From the NCBI GenBank assembly GCA_052327205.1, contig CM126209.1:61876001-61940000 (forward strand): 64,000 nucleotides of DNA, in the 5' to 3' direction. The notes under the pieces are model-generated. The model was not told the DNA's origin. It saw only the letters and a program-made list of their open reading frames with translations, and made no database searches. Of this stretch, positions 22,586 through 36,344 are shown piece by piece. The DNA comes from Somniosus microcephalus. Taxonomy: Eukaryota. Both the position numbers and the translations under genes were made by a program. The stretch's first letter is position 1, and each line of letters starts with the position of its first letter.

Positions 22586-23520
22586 CTATTAAAGAAAATA
22601 AAAGCAATCCTTAAGGAACTCTTAGCTAAACAGGATTAGAAAGAGCCTTAGTTAGTAAATTGTATAGTCACAAAAGTTGACTTCAAGTTAGTAGTGTATA
22701 ATTTCTTAAAAGCATTAAATAAGAAAACCATAATACAAAAGGTAACCAAGTGCACAGAAAGACTTGCAGAAATTGCATTAGGCTATCTGTCGGCAAATGG
22801 TTTCAGAGCTTGGTTCAAGCAGTTGTCAACTTAGTATTTAAATTTCAGTTTGCAAATGACCAAGCCGCAGGTAGCAACACTGTCGGAGTACGAGCAACGC
22901 TGCCCCAAGGTCTGTCATTAGTATTCTGGGAAAATATTTTGAATGAATGTGTGTTCAGGTACACCTGTAACAGTATTTGTATTCTTGGTATGAACATCTC
23001 TCCTGGCCCAGTAACACTGCACAGGGTGGTGCAGTAGCTTGTAAATCTGTAATAATGTATGGGTCTATTCACAGTCTGCTAAAAACAGTCACTTTTCAAA
23101 CGATTGCAAGAGTTGAAGAGCTCATGGGATCATTAAATCATTAACTACACCAGTGGCACAGGGGCCAGGTGAGCTTTATTAAAAACACACGTGTGGGTTG
23201 CATGGTTTGTGCAGTGAGACAGCTTACTCAATCGGGGTTTGAACTTACACCCATGCCAGACTAGCAGCATTTCCAGGTTCCCCACAATTATAATGCAACA
23301 CTCAAAATCCAATTCAAATAAAAGCAGATTAATAAGTTTAGGACCTTGAAATATTGCTTTAAATGTTACTAAGTCTTATCCAACTACAGATGGCGAACAC
23401 GCCATCACTGTGCAAGAGAACTCTCACTCTTGGTTGATAGCTTTCCCTTAATTGCATGATTTATGTCACATACGATTGTAGTGCAATAAATGCAGACACT
23501 GGAAATATTACAATACGCAC

Positions 23521-23635
23521 CAGATCAGTGTAAGGCTCCTCTGCTACTTTCCATTCACCTCCAGGATAGCTGGTGTTATTTTCATAAACTTCATCAATAA
23601 ATTCTGTGTGACCAGCATCAGCTTCTGTTAGCAAA
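23521..23635 (-). CDS. MYOF: Myoferlin exon (SLLTEADAGHTEFIDEVYENNTSYPGGEWKVAEEPYTDL)
   Basis: tag/gtgcgt splice sites. Confidence 0.93.
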
Positions 23636-24889
23636 CTATTCGCAAAAAAAAAAGCCAAGTTATGGTATATTTTATTCTATAGGAAACGCAAATCTTTTTC
23701 TTTACACTATTTATCTTGCCTCTCCTCTACCCTTCATTTGGTCTAAAGCAGGGGTTCTCAACAGCAGATCTGCAAGAGGGTTTCAGGGGGGTCTGGCATA
23801 TTCCAGGATTTAAAAAAAAAGAAAAAATACACCATCGTGTAAAGGTGGGATCGAGCAGAGAAAACTGGCAGCTCTGGTCCAGACTTGAACCTCTGTTTCT
23901 CCGCCCAATCATCTGTGTGACGACAGTGACAGCTGCCGCTGAACCCAGGCCCCCGCTTGCTGAGAAGGGAGACACAGCTGGTCTCGGTCTTCTGCTCTCC
24001 TCTCGCCAGGTCCCACTGTAGACTCTAAAGGGCTTGCCCACCGCTCCCATTCCTCAATGGAAGTGAATGAGTGCACTGCTGGCTCTGGTCCCAGTAGTGG
24101 CACTGGTGGGGTAGCATTGGCATCATTCCTCCCCTCTGACAGATTATTCATCCAGACCAAAGGAAAGTGGGAGTGGTGGGGAGGTGGGAAGAGGGGAAAA
24201 AAAAATTCCCAATAGGGCTGGAAAAGTCAATTAAGAACTAGTGTCTACAGGGAGGTTTTAAAGTTACCAGAGGCAAGAGAGTTTCCTAAAGATACAGGAA
24301 AAAGGAAAAAAATAGATCTTGCCCAAATCAAATGTTTCAAACTTCAAGCAAAAAGAAACCAGCCCTGAACAAATGCAGCAACAAAAAATCAGAAGGAAAC
24401 CATGGAGGACTGGAGGCGAGATGTTAGAAACTGGGGAAGAGGCATGGTTCGTCAGTTCAAAGCTGGAGAGTAAGTAAGCCTCTGGCTAGTTGAGGAATTT
24501 TCCACTCCTCTGCAAGGCTGTAGAAGTGAGAGTCCAACAATAACAATTAATAAGTTGGTCAGACTTTAGAAGCAGCAATCTAGAGCCATTATTCTGTTTT
24601 CCATTTATAAGATTCCATTAGAATTGAACCCTTACATTTTTAATCTATGGAAAATTAGATTTTCAGTTCGGTTTTGACAAAGGCTAAAAATCATTTCCTA
24701 GGTGGGGTGGATCATTGCACTTGGTTCTAATCAGCACCAGTAAGTGTAGAATACAGAGAGGTAGTATTTTAAATATTAGTTTTTCAAAATCAGCACAAGT
24801 GGAGATAAAAAATGTATCCTTCCTAAACATCTATGAAGTGCTCATTAAATGGGAAGAATACTAATTGAGCTTCAATATTTCTGTTCTAT

Positions 24890-25290
24890 GCCACCCACAT
24901 TCTGTCCCACACTAACTCCTACTTGCCCATTACCCCATTTCTCAACCCGCCTCCACTGGCTCCCTGGCCTCCTAATGCACAGAATTCAAAATCTTCATTT
25001 ACAAATCTTCCCACGGCCCCAACTCACCAACCTTCTCCAACAGAATGTTCAGTCCAATGTCCATCCTTCCCTCCCTCTGCTGCATCACCGTGGCAGAGGT
25101 GTCGGCCACCTCAGCCCGATTCTCAAACAGCTTATAGGGGTTTAGGAAGGGAGTTCCAATCTCTCCCTTCCTTTAAAAGCTTCCTCAAAATCTCACTTCA
25201 AAATATCTCTAATTATGCCATCAATCATCTCTCCTAAATCAGCTACTATTGTTTCCCATCCCTTTCTCCTCTCGATCAGCTTGACACATT
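24890..25290 (+). mobile_element. L2-like LINE 3' remnant
   Basis: HITPFL..LHWLP..RI.FKI-like coding remnant; boundaries approximate. Confidence 0.5.
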
Positions 25291-25829
25291 TAATATTAAA
25301 TACACTGGATAAATACAAGTTACTTATTACTCCACACTATCAGAAACACCAATGCCACTTCTTGAACTGTATCTTGTGTGGTTTGCTGCCACCAGCTGGC
25401 AGTGCACTGGCATAACCAGAATGGTTTCAAATTAGTTTATTCAGGCGCACTTCTAGTACAACTGATGAAAACATGGTCAGTGAATGCCCCCTTCTGGGTA
25501 GAAGAGTTAAGTGCAGTAGCGAGAGGCAGCAAGAGGTGGTTTTCCTTAAATGGGAAAAGTTCCGTGGGGGGGGGGATACAACGATGAGTATTTGGCCATG
25601 TTGGACAGGGGAGGGGGAACTTAACAGACAACCTGCTGCTGCTCAGGGAGGGGTGAAAAAAAAGGAAACAGACAACCTGCTGCTGCTCAGGGAGGGAGAT
25701 ACAGGTGCACAGGAGTGTAAAATATTCTAACACATTGCTTTACTTCAGTAAATTATTTTTCTAATTTAGGCCAAAGCACGAGAGTTATTGGAGCCAATAA
25801 ATATTTAGATTTAAAAAAAAAAGTCTGAC

Positions 25830-25993
25830 CTTCTTTCAGGATCAACAAACCAGTCGCCTTCCCATTCCCACCCTCTCGGGGGCATGAAGCTTTCCCTCTT
25901 CAGTTTTATTTTGCCAGTTACATCAGAAAACTTGTAGCGACCCACAAGCCCACCAGTGCCCCATTTGCCCAGTATCTGTGCTTGGTTTTCATA
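25830..25993 (-). CDS. MYOF: Myoferlin exon ([54 protein letters not shown])
   Basis: tag/gtcag splice sites; start of outer DysF. Confidence 0.95.
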
Positions 25994-26892
25994 CTATATT
26001 CAAAGAAAAAAGATTAACAGGCATAAAAAGTGGGTAAAGGAACATTAAATGCCTACCCCTAATTTGAGACATTTGCCAAGTGTAAATTTAAGATGTGTAT
26101 AATGAGAGCAATTATTCATTAAGAGAGGAAGTAAGTAACTTAGTCATTGAAAAAAAATGTATCCGTGTCTGGTTAAGCACAAACAGATTAAATAAAATAC
26201 TGTATATCTTACACAAACAAAATGATTAAGCACCAGGACAAATTCAAGAGCTCAAGAGTCCAAGAGCTAAAACTACATGGGACTGGTGGCCCAAATTAAT
26301 AAAAAAGATATTATATAGAAAGTGTGCGAGCTGCTCCCAGGCCTCTGACAATGGTGCACCTGACATGAGAGCACAACCAAGACCACAGTTAAATCTATCT
26401 TTTGATTTTCCTTCCCTCACTGCAAGGAGATGACATGAATACTGCCCATGACAAAAAAGTCCAAAATGGCAAACTGTGGGCTTCAATGCGAAGGAAGAAA
26501 CATATTGGGAGCGACGTCTACCACACCACTTGGATTAAAAATGTTGTATAGCGCAACTACAGTAGGGCCAAGTTAACTCCCCTCGACTGGCCAATGTGAT
26601 GTAGGAATGTGGAATCCCATTGACGTTCAATGCACAACATTGAAAATAGCTTTTCTTGCTTCCCCCCACAAATTCAGCAGCATTCCCAATTGTGTGAGGG
26701 GACTGTTGTATAATGACAGAGAATTTAGTGACTAAAGGTCTGGAGTCCTGCCCATTGATGAGGGAAAAGTCATGTGCCACATAGGTACAGTACTGGACAG
26801 GTATTTCTATTCTACATTTACAATGTCCTATCTGCAACTTTGTATTAACTCATTCTACTGCAAAGGAATAAAAAAACATGCTTCTGGTTTAC

Positions 26893-27024
26893 CAATTCAG
26901 AAAATACACTGAAGTTTCCTTCCGAAAAGCTGTTGAATTTGCTCTCAACAGCAGAGAGTCCAAGCCAAAAGCGGACACGTAACTGAGTTGGAATTTTGGA
27001 ATCTCTGCGCTTGCCTTGCACGTA
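26893..27024 (-). CDS. MYOF: Myoferlin exon (YVQGKRRDSKIPTQLRVRFWLGLSAVESKFNSFSEGNFSVFSEL)
   Basis: tag/gtaaac splice sites, 132 nt; end of FerB. Confidence 0.93.
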
Positions 27025-28458
27025 CTAGAAGAACAGAAGTAAGGGTTAGCCTGTCTGAACATTTTCTTTAAAACCAAACACATTCTGAATCGTCAATGTA
27101 CCAATTATCTGGTACCATATTGTGATCACTAAGATTTATTTAAATTAATCATAATCTTCAAAAATCCTACCTCAGTAGTCAATGACATTGTGGTATGGTA
27201 GTGACCGACACAAACCAGGTTTGGTCTTTGCGGAGTTAACTTATTTCAGGTTGGGTGGCAGTGGGGCACTACATTTGGTGGCAGAATCCCTTAGCTTAGG
27301 CCAGGATTTGGGGAGGGGGTGGGGAAGACAGAAAACTAAAGAAACATAATTTGGACAATGTTACTGCCCACAAAATTTATCCAGTAACTCTTGCTGGAAA
27401 ATCTTCATGTATGCAAGTTGGGCAAAGACAGGATGAACTTGGTGGTGACGTCCCCCACTGTCACTAACCTGCAGATACTCCTTATCCAACCTCAAGGAGC
27501 AGCCACTTGGTTCAGAGGCTGTCAGGTGCCTGTGGAATAGGGCCCAGTGCAAGTCATTGTCGTCAGGGGAAATAAAAAGGTGTCAATGGAACTGGGCCCA
27601 TTATAATCACTCACCTGGAATTTCCAACCACTTCTCCCAATCTCTTAACAGAACGTCAGCTGGAGATTGACAGAACCTCTAGAAAAACAGCACAAGTGAT
27701 CGTTTGCACTGTTTCAACAGGGTTTCCACTGCAATTACGGCGAGAGAACTTTGCGGAAATTCTAACCCATCGGCTTCAGGTGGCAAAGTACAAGAGGAGC
27801 AATTTTGAGGGATCTATACAGAAAACAGCTAGAATATTTTGGCCTTGATAATAAATTGTTGGCTTTTGTAAAAACAGCCCAATCACTGAATGAGGTTATA
27901 ACGATCAAAAACTAAATAGCATTTGGGTTCCAACAGTTGCTAAGTGACCAGTTTTAACAAGTTTCTTCAGTACCATTTAGTAACTGGTTGGAACAGATAC
28001 TGAATTAATAATGAATTGTCTCCTCATTGGCAAAACAATGTGCAATTTAGCACAGAAGAAACCCAAATTGTTAAAATTGATTTGGTTGTTAAACAAGTTA
28101 CTTGAATATATTTCTCAAAACCAAATTAACAAGCACCAGACAATACAAGGCTTAATCCAGCTGTGCAGTTTAAACATGTGTACAATGAACTACAACAAGA
28201 GCAACAATAGAGAGTTAGAAAATAAGTAAAACAGTATCCCAGGTAGCAAGACCAAAAAAGCCAATGAGAATATTTTTGTGCCTAATATGGCAAGATGTAT
28301 TATCCATACAGGGCAAATCTCGAACACACACGATACCATAATATTAATTTATGTAAGGCTTTGCAAAACAAAAGCCAAATAAATGAGTTCTGCATTCTTT
28401 AAGTGAAGAGTATTAAATAAACAGAGTTATTAATGCCAAGTGCCAGACTCAAATCTAC

Positions 28459-28614
28459 CTTCAGAAATATGGTCTGTGTCTTTCCACAGTATCTGCCACA
28501 GGCTTCTTCGCTGGTAGTTGAGTAAAGCACCTCATGAGCCGGGATTCGTGCATATGCAACTCGTTTCTCATCGCATATCATCCAGATGATCACGTCAGGC
28601 ATGCTATTTTGTGG
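28459..28614 (-). CDS. MYOF: Myoferlin exon, FerB (PQNSMPDVIIWMICDEKRVAYARIPAHEVLYS...CGKTQTIFLK)
   Basis: cag/gtag splice sites, 156 nt. Confidence 0.95.
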
Positions 28615-29194
28615 CTGTTAAGGCAAAAAAAAAAGCTTTGCCATGGTAATAGGCTCTTTCCAACTAAGCCAAGTATAGAAGTTAATCTAGCAAATTCAGC
28701 CTCCCCTGGTGGGTTAGTGGATGAATACACTTCATAGTCTAGGAGAATCTGTACTGAACGAAGCAGCTCCCCAGTTCAAACCCTGGCCTGTGCGGAGTTA
28801 GCACTCAGCTAGGGCAGAGATTGGTCTTCGACAATTGCCCAGAGTTACTTGGATTAAGGGCAGGAAGAAAATGAAATCAGCAAAGTGCGTGCATATGGAT
28901 GCTAGATGCGCGGCTATGATACATCCTGGCAGTCAAATAATCAGCTTATACTCTAAGCTCATGCATGAAGAATGACCATTTGGAGAATTGCCAGCAGCTG
29001 TGAAACTATTCAGAATGAGGGGGGGGGGGTAAAAAAGACAAAAATGGGTGAATGCCAACTATTATACCACACATGTAATGACTCATTACTTGTGACTTTA
29101 ATCTTGCATACAAGATCAAAATTCTATTCAAACAGTATCCATTGTATTCAGATTACTTCCAATCTCTAAGGGTACAGTTACACTACAATATATC

Positions 29195-30442
29195 TGTAGG
29201 ATTCACAAAATTCCAGGACCCCCTACTCAATGGACATGTGTCTGGAATTTAAAAAAAGGGACTGTGTTGGACCTTTTGGAGGAGAAATATCTCACTATTA
29301 GGTGCCTTTGGACTAAACTAGGGCCTATTGGATTGAGTTTGGACATTTTAAATTGTATGCTGGGTCTGCACAGGAAAATGGGATCCTTATAGGGCTGCTA
29401 ACCCACCTGGGAGGCAGACTGGCCCCCAGGGAGACATTAGCAGTCTAACAAAAGCCCACTTACCAGGGACCCAGATACATACATATTTTAATAGTTCTTA
29501 AAACAGCTATACAGAAAAACCCTGGCATCAGCAAAACACAATGGACAGTATCAAGGCCTGATTACATTCTAACAGCACCATTCAAAAACCTCATCAACAC
29601 CTTTGGGAATTTTGTATCATGCTAATGCTCAATCAGCCCACCAAAATTCTCAAAGGGATCACATCAGAGTTGATCAGCCTGCCAAAAATCACACAAAAGG
29701 GAGTCATCTAAAATCAATTGTGCACCCGAGGTTTTGGCACAAAAGTTTAAGCAGCCTCTCAGGGGGCTTGCTAGTAGCTAAAGAGACCTCAACAGACAGG
29801 CTGAAGAGAGCGCCGGCGGGCAGCAGCAGCAGCACACCGGAGCAGAAGAAACGTACCAGAGAACACGCTGGAAAAGCACTTGGACTCTGGGCTCTTTGAC
29901 TCTGGCTTTGAAACATCTAACTTGCCACACGAGGTTACAGCAACGCAACAAGAAAACCTAACAAGAAGCCTGGGAGTCACTGAAAGATCAATCATCCAGC
30001 GCTGACTCTAGGAAAAACTTGTTTATCAAAACGTCGACTAGTGCTAATACCGAAGGCACCACAACCAGCCAAGGAGTCCACAAGATTGAGAGAGAAAGCG
30101 GTGTGCAACTGGTCTAAACTGTGGAGAAATCCTTTGGTGAGCATAGTCCCTGTAACTTCAGAGCCTAACTTAGTGTAGTGGTGGGAGGTGGTTTTATTTT
30201 GTTTTGGTTTTTTTTTCCCCCCCCTTCACTGCATAACCTCTGTACCCGTTGCATATCCGTTTTTGTTTAGTTAATTAGTGTGGTGTGCGATTTCTAAATA
30301 AAATATTTGTTCTTGCACCAAACAGTTGTCTGCCCATATCCATCACATCCCCTAAATAATTCCAAGCCCCAGAACCAGGGAGTGGGATGATTCGAACCGT
30401 CAAGTTCAATTTAAAAGGCCGACAAACCCACCACCCCCTACA
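29195..30442 (+). mobile_element. Solo LTR, ~1.25 kb
   Basis: Inverted termini TGTAGG...CCTACA; 4-bp TSD TATC (29191-29194 and 30443-30446); AATAAA near 30297. Confidence 0.8.
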
Positions 30443-30879
30443 TATCTGGGAGTACAAGTACACCACAATAGTAGGTGAAGCAGTTTCACTGCACACCAAC
30501 ATTATAGTAACGGAAATCCAGAGTCAGGATTTAACCTGGGGTGAAATGGAGCAAGACAGCTCCAACACTAAATTGCTTCACAGCAACATTACTGTTACAG
30601 TATAAATGCACCTTGCAATAAGAAAAATGCACAGGAGAGACTATGAAATGTGAAGAGCAGGATAAGAGTTTGCCCCCAATGTATTTTTTATTTTCTATTC
30701 AACACTGAAACAACTCAACTGCAAAGACTAGTGTTCAAAATCTAAAGATTATGGATTTTGAATGTCATCGATCTAATGTTAAGGTGCCTTCACAGTACAG
30801 CAAATTTTTAGAAAAGTTTATACAAGGCAATTTAAATTTTATTAAAAATGTATCAAATGCTATAAAATGTTAGTTTTAG

Positions 30880-31230
30880 CTCTACCTCACCAGCCCCTCT
30901 TGACTCCTCCATTACCTTGGATTTGTCACAGCTTGTCTGACATCCAGTACTGGAAACACAGCAACTTCCTTCAATTTTGGCCTCCTGCGAATCCCCAATT
31001 TTAATCACTCCACCAGTGTCGGCCGTGCCTTCAGCTGCCTGGGCCCCAAGCTCTAGAATTCCCTCCCTAAACACCTCTCTCCTCCTTTAAGACGCTCCTT
31101 AAAACCTACCTCTTTGATCAAGCTTTGAGTCACCTGTCCTTATATGGCTCAGTATCAAATTTTGTTTGATAACACTCCTGTGAAGCACCTTGGGATGTTT
31201 AACCATGTTAAAAGGTGCTATATAAATGAC
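30880..31230 (+). mobile_element. L2-like LINE/SINE 3' tail
   Basis: ggccgtgccttcagctgcctgggccccaagctctagaattccctccctaaa..cctttaagacgctccttaaaacctacctctttga..gtgaagcaccttgggatg..ggtgctatataaatg. Confidence 0.65.
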
Positions 31231-31390
31231 AGCCATTTTAAAATACTGTTATGTTAGAGGAAACTAAGTATAGATATTGCCCCCAAAAAATCAAAGCTCC
31301 TTTTAAATGATTGGACTAAAATGAACACTCATGCAGATAGGTAGATGGAAGAGAATACTAAGTTTAGCCATTGCAAGTTTGACCACTAAC

Positions 31391-31583
31391 CTCTTCAGCC
31401 AATGACTGAAGTCTGTCTAGCCAGTCTTCAATATCAACGATTGTCTCTTTCAGATCCTCTGCCTCCATCCGCATGCGTTTTGCCGAGTCAAGAATACCTT
31501 CCAGAGTGTTTTTACGAAGCTTTAGGATTTGCAGATCAAGCTGTGTTACGTTAGGTTTACCTTCGATCTTCAGCAGAGGTTGG
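31391..31583 (-). CDS. MYOF: Myoferlin exon, FerA (QPLLKIEGKPNVTQLDLQILKLR...IEDWLDRLQSLAEE)
   Basis: cag/gttagt splice sites, 193 nt. Confidence 0.93.
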
Positions 31584-32842
31584 CTGAAATCAGAAGGCAG
31601 ATTCAAGGACAAGACTTGCAGCAGAGGGATCACCAACCTCAACCAACTAACTGGTTTGCTAAAAATTAACTGAATTAAAAAAAGTGAGGAGGGAATAGCT
31701 AGTACTCAATGCTTGAATAGAGAATGAAGAATGCAGTGAAAACAGAAGGTAACAATCCTGTTGCAGGTCTATGACTTGTTCAATAACTTCAACCAGATCT
31801 TTCATTAGCAGCTAAACCAAAGAAATCTATTTGAGAGTTAATAAACTATATAGCACTCCCATGAACAATATCAACCAAGGTGTCTGAAGCATAACAATGG
31901 GCTCTGGAAAACTTTAACCTTGATTTTTGGTACTGCAGAATAGAATTTCTCCAAGTCTTTCTATACTCCCAACAAGTACAAGAGTCAACTTTTAGAGATG
32001 TCTGCGCTGATATTTTCAACTGCTTATCCCAGCAGATCATTTAAACGACTGCAATCTAATTTATTAATGCACACTGTGAACCATAACACTTAATCTACTG
32101 GTGCTGTAAATATTAAAGCGGCATAGATGATTTGGGGGGGGGGGGGGGAAAAAGTGAAAACAGGTTTATAAAAAGTTTTGCTGTTCAACCAGCCACAAGA
32201 TGGGACATTTCATCTCAGGATACTTGCTAGAATGTCTCCTGTTGGAGGATAACATTTACAGCAGCTATGGAGAAACTTGTAACCAGCTGCATTCCAGCTA
32301 CCCAGTAGTTGTTTTTTTTTGTTTTTTTTAATTCTCAGGTTGGGAAACACCAGCAAGGCTGTATTTATATAGTTACATTCTCATCCCCTTCTTAATTCAT
32401 AGCAATTGTTTAGGCAACTGAATGGCTTCAGGGAGGTCATCAAGAGTTAACCATGTAGCATTGGACTAGGCCGTTAGTGGACCAGTTGGGGTTTGTTTAT
32501 ATGGGGGGGAAAAAAACACAATCTAGCAACTTTCACTGTCAATTTCTCTGGTGCCAGCCCATAACTTAACATATATTTAATTCAATTTCACAATTTACCA
32601 CGGTTGGAGCTGAACACAATCTTTGGATTGCTAGTCTAGTACTATAGCCACTGCACTACCACATCCAATTGTGCTGGAGCAGCAATGATGGTGAAGTTTA
32701 ACTCCTAAATATGCAAGGTATTACAAGGATCTGTCCATTCATACAATCCAGTTGTATCAATATCCCATCAGGAGACTGCACAGCTCTCTAAGCATCTCGT
32801 ACAGGAAATAGTTTTACAATGCTGGGTACGATTTCTTTTTAC

Positions 32843-32949
32843 CTGCAATCTTCTATGACTTGTTCAATAACTCTCAACCAGATCTCAGCCAGGCGTTCTT
32901 CACCAAATCTGGCCTGAATAGCACTCTTCAGCATCTTTAAGCTATCTTC
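32843..32949 (-). CDS. MYOF: Myoferlin exon, FerA (EDSLKMLKSAIQARFGEERLAEIWLRVIEQVIEDC)
   Basis: cag/gtaaa splice sites; phase 0-2 fits both neighbours. Confidence 0.88.
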
Positions 32950-34074
32950 CTGGAAGAAAGGATAAAGATTTTTTTTTATTTTTTATTAAATGGACTTCTA
33001 TTTTTAGTCAACCACTGTAGGCAGAGTTGCAGTAAAGTGCTGGCTTTAAAATGCTGTGTTTATGTTGGTGAACTGCCTCCTGAAGCAATGCTTCAACAAT
33101 GACCCCCAGTTTTACTGGAACGGTAACTGCTCCCTTTAAATTACAGGCAGTTGCTACTGCAGCTGGAGCAATTTTCAGACAACTCTGCATGTAAAAGTTC
33201 TCGTGTGCAGTTGTTTTAAAGTCAGAGAGAGAGAGCGCGAGAGAGAGGAGAACGCATTTCACTAGAGACAGTGCCTTCACCAATGGCGAGGGAAGGTCAG
33301 CACACAGTGACTGCAGATCCCCTTCACTGTCCTATGCAGAGCCAAGACCCCTTCAAATCATTCAACCTACTAGCAACTATCTTTTGGCCACCTTCACCTG
33401 ACAGCAAACTGCTTTGAGGCAGCATTCCCATTGATGGTGCATGTGGTCTTCAGCAGGAGGAGCGCGGCTTGGTTTATATTTGCGGTTGGTTGCTGACTTT
33501 AGGGGTACCGTCAATGGGAAATTGAACATGAATGGGCGATAACGTATGCTGATCGGGTTATCACCCACTTGTGCGAAAATCCTTTTCTTACTTCAAATGA
33601 AAATAGAAGGGAGTCAAGTGAATATGTTGATGGCAGAGAGGATCACCATAATGGTCATTTTTTCAGCGATCTAGAAGGAAATGGATGGTTGTGTCCAGTC
33701 AAAATTGAAAGGACCAATAGAGCTGGCATGCCCTAATTGGTGAGCAGGACTGACAACTTTAAAAAACCAAGTACACAAGGTGAAAATAAAATCAGTTACT
33801 GTCAGTTGATCAGGGATGGCTGGAAATGTCACAAATTAAGAGATGCAGCATAGAACATCTGATGGTATTGTGATTTGGTTAGCCTTTACAGACATTGCAA
33901 CTGAAAAAATAAAAGCAAGGCAATTTATTTGCAGCAGGAGGCAACTTTAGCTGGAAAAACCCACAAGGAACTTCTTGTCATTTATGCTACACAAAATGTA
34001 TCAAGATGAAAAGGCTTCATGGTAAAAATCAGGGGAGGAGACGGGTGGAAAGAATAAAAAAGGGAAATGCTTAC

Positions 34075-34199
34075 CACTCTGCGGATCATTTTTAGGATGA
34101 TGTTCACCGAATCCAACCGATGACTAATATCTTCCCAGTAAGAGGTCAGCGTCACCACCGGTTTAGTGTTGGCCCATGGTAGAAAATAGTAATAGTTAC
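34075..34199 (-). CDS. MYOF: Myoferlin exon (GNYYYFLPWANTKPVVTLTSYWEDISHRLDSVNIILKMIRRV)
   Basis: cag/gtaag splice sites. Confidence 0.95.
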
Positions 34200-35239
34200 C
34201 TGACAGAAATAAAGAGGATCGTGACTTAGCAGATAGAATGACGACCCCGCTCGTGTCTAGAGTGTTCCCTGCTGTCTTTATAGAAATTGCAGCACAGAAG
34301 GGAGCGATTCAGCCCACTGTGCCATTGCTGGCTATCTACTCTAATTACCTGCCCTTTTTCCTTTTACATTCTTCCTTACTGAATACTTGCCCTTTAAACA
34401 ACATCTTAGCCTCAGTAACCACTTGTGGCAGATATAAAATCCAGACTGCTATTGGCTTTTTAGACCTGCACTCCCACCTTCAAAAATCTATGCATTTGAA
34501 GCCCAAGATCTCAACAGTCTTGCCATTTAGGGCAGGAGTGTGCAAGCTTTGGTCTTTGAGCCACATAGGGGTTTCAATGGAACCTTGGGGGCCAAATATA
34601 AAAAGTTTAAATCAAATGTTCCAATTTAGGAAATATCCATCAGTAAGAATAGTAAAACCTAAAAACAAAAAAAGGGTTTTCTTAACCTCCAGACCCACAA
34701 AATTTGAACAAACCAGGAAACAACATTGTGACCAGAGGCTGCAGATTGGACACCCCAGATTTGCTTCCTTTCACTATAGCTTTGCTCAGGATGTAACACC
34801 TCATTTCTTGAGGCACACCACTAGCCACATCCCCATCAATTGGAAATGCATCCTTGTACCCCCTACCCTCAGTTGTGTCCTTTAGCCATGCATACATTTT
34901 CGCCCCTCTGATGGGCATTGAATCCTTGCTGGGTTACGGCTCCACAGGATCACCTGTCCAGGTGTCATTATATGAGCCTTGATGGCCAGTGTCAGCAGAC
35001 TAATGCTATACTCGCAGAAGGAATTACTGGATAGCATTTAGGAACAAGAATCCTGGTCAATTTTCCCCTTGGCCCATGGGTGCAGATGTCAATTACCCAC
35101 CACCACTTAGAACCAGCTAGCAGTACGGATTGCGATCAAACAGAACAGCTAACCTAATGCAGCAATACACCATTTTGTACAGCCTCAACTGCTGGAAATA
35201 GATGATTACAAGATGCGCAACGTTCAACTATTGTTTTGA

Positions 35240-35630
35240 TCTGGTTATCACAAATGAGGTGCTTGGTGCCAGAGGGCAGAGCCATGAAAAATCATTTGAT
35301 AAGCTTGGGCTCTTCAGCCTTGAAAGGGGCTCAGTGGGGACCTTGTGGAGGTGTAGAAATTACTTAACTGAAATCGAGAAACTAAACCCAAAACAATATT
35401 TATAGACATGCCAGGGCCGCAGGACAATTGGGGGGCGGGGGGGGGGGGGGTCACAGGTTCAGGGCTGCGAAGGGCAGATAGCAGGAAGTATTTCCTTACA
35501 CAGATGAAGAATGGCTGGAGCAGGTTGCCAAGAGGCTTGGAGGTCAGGACCCTGAACTTGAGAAAGTCAAATGCCATTATGGGCGTTGTGGAAGGATAAG
35601 ACGAGATGGCCGAGGGGCCTTCAGCAGATC
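35240..35630 (+). mobile_element. Old CR1-like 3' fragment
   Basis: KLGLFSLER..RKYFLTQ..WSRLP coding remnant. Confidence 0.5.
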
Positions 35631-35827
35631 CTGCTACAAAATATTTGTGGGATTATAAAAGCATTATTGTAGTAAATTGGCAAGTGTTTCAAATGAACAA
35701 ATTTCTTCAATTCAGTATTACTAGCTTATTTAGCATATTGACCAACTTGCCATTGACCAACTTGCCATAGAACAGGGAAATACATTTCAGCAAATGTATT
35801 TAAAAAAAAAAAAATCAATTAACCATT

Positions 35828-36232
35828 TTGGTAGCACTCACGTCGGAGTCAGAAGGCAATTCAAGTCCCACTCCAAAGGACTGGAGCACATAATGTAGGC
35901 TTATATTGCAGTGATGAGGGAGTGCTGCATGGTCAAAGGTGTTGCCTTTTGCAGATGTAAAGCCAAGGCCCGGTCTCTTCACGTGGCTGCAAAAGATCCT
36001 ATGCTGCTATTTTGAAGAGAGTGGGGAATTGGAGTCATGGCCACCACTTGCTCCTCAATTAACACCTCCAAAAACAGATGAAGTCATTTATCTCAAAGCT
36101 GTCTTCAGGAGTTTGCTGTGAACAATTTGGCTGCTACGTTTGCCCATAAAACAGTGGACTACACTTGAAAAGCAATTAATTTGCTGTGAAGAGCTTTGGA
36201 ACTTCTGGCACTATACAACTGAAAGTTCTTTC
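35828..36232 (+). mobile_element. tRNA-derived SINE, DeuSINE/SacSINE1-like
   Basis: tRNA-like head (ggtagcactc..gagtcagaagg..ttcaagtcccactcc), Deu-domain-like core (gagggagtgctgcat..gccttt..agatgtaaagccaaggccc) and an L2-like tail. Confidence 0.6.
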
Positions 36233-36344
36233 TATTAAGCAATGTGCTTCTGGTCGGATATGTGACTGATCACCTTAAATTGTTCTCAGCAATAGCGACA
36301 GACTAAATTAATAGCGCTTCATCCAAGTACTTCAAAAAAAATCA

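Noticed and set aside
25624-25696. Duplicated 29-mer acagacaacctgctgctgctcagggaggg (similar short duplications at ~35737 and ~63256)
   Set aside because: Ordinary local slippage duplications with only two copies; not CRISPR-like
34238-34885. 215-aa plus-strand ORF
   Set aside because: No recognisable domain; runs across patchy intronic repeat remnants
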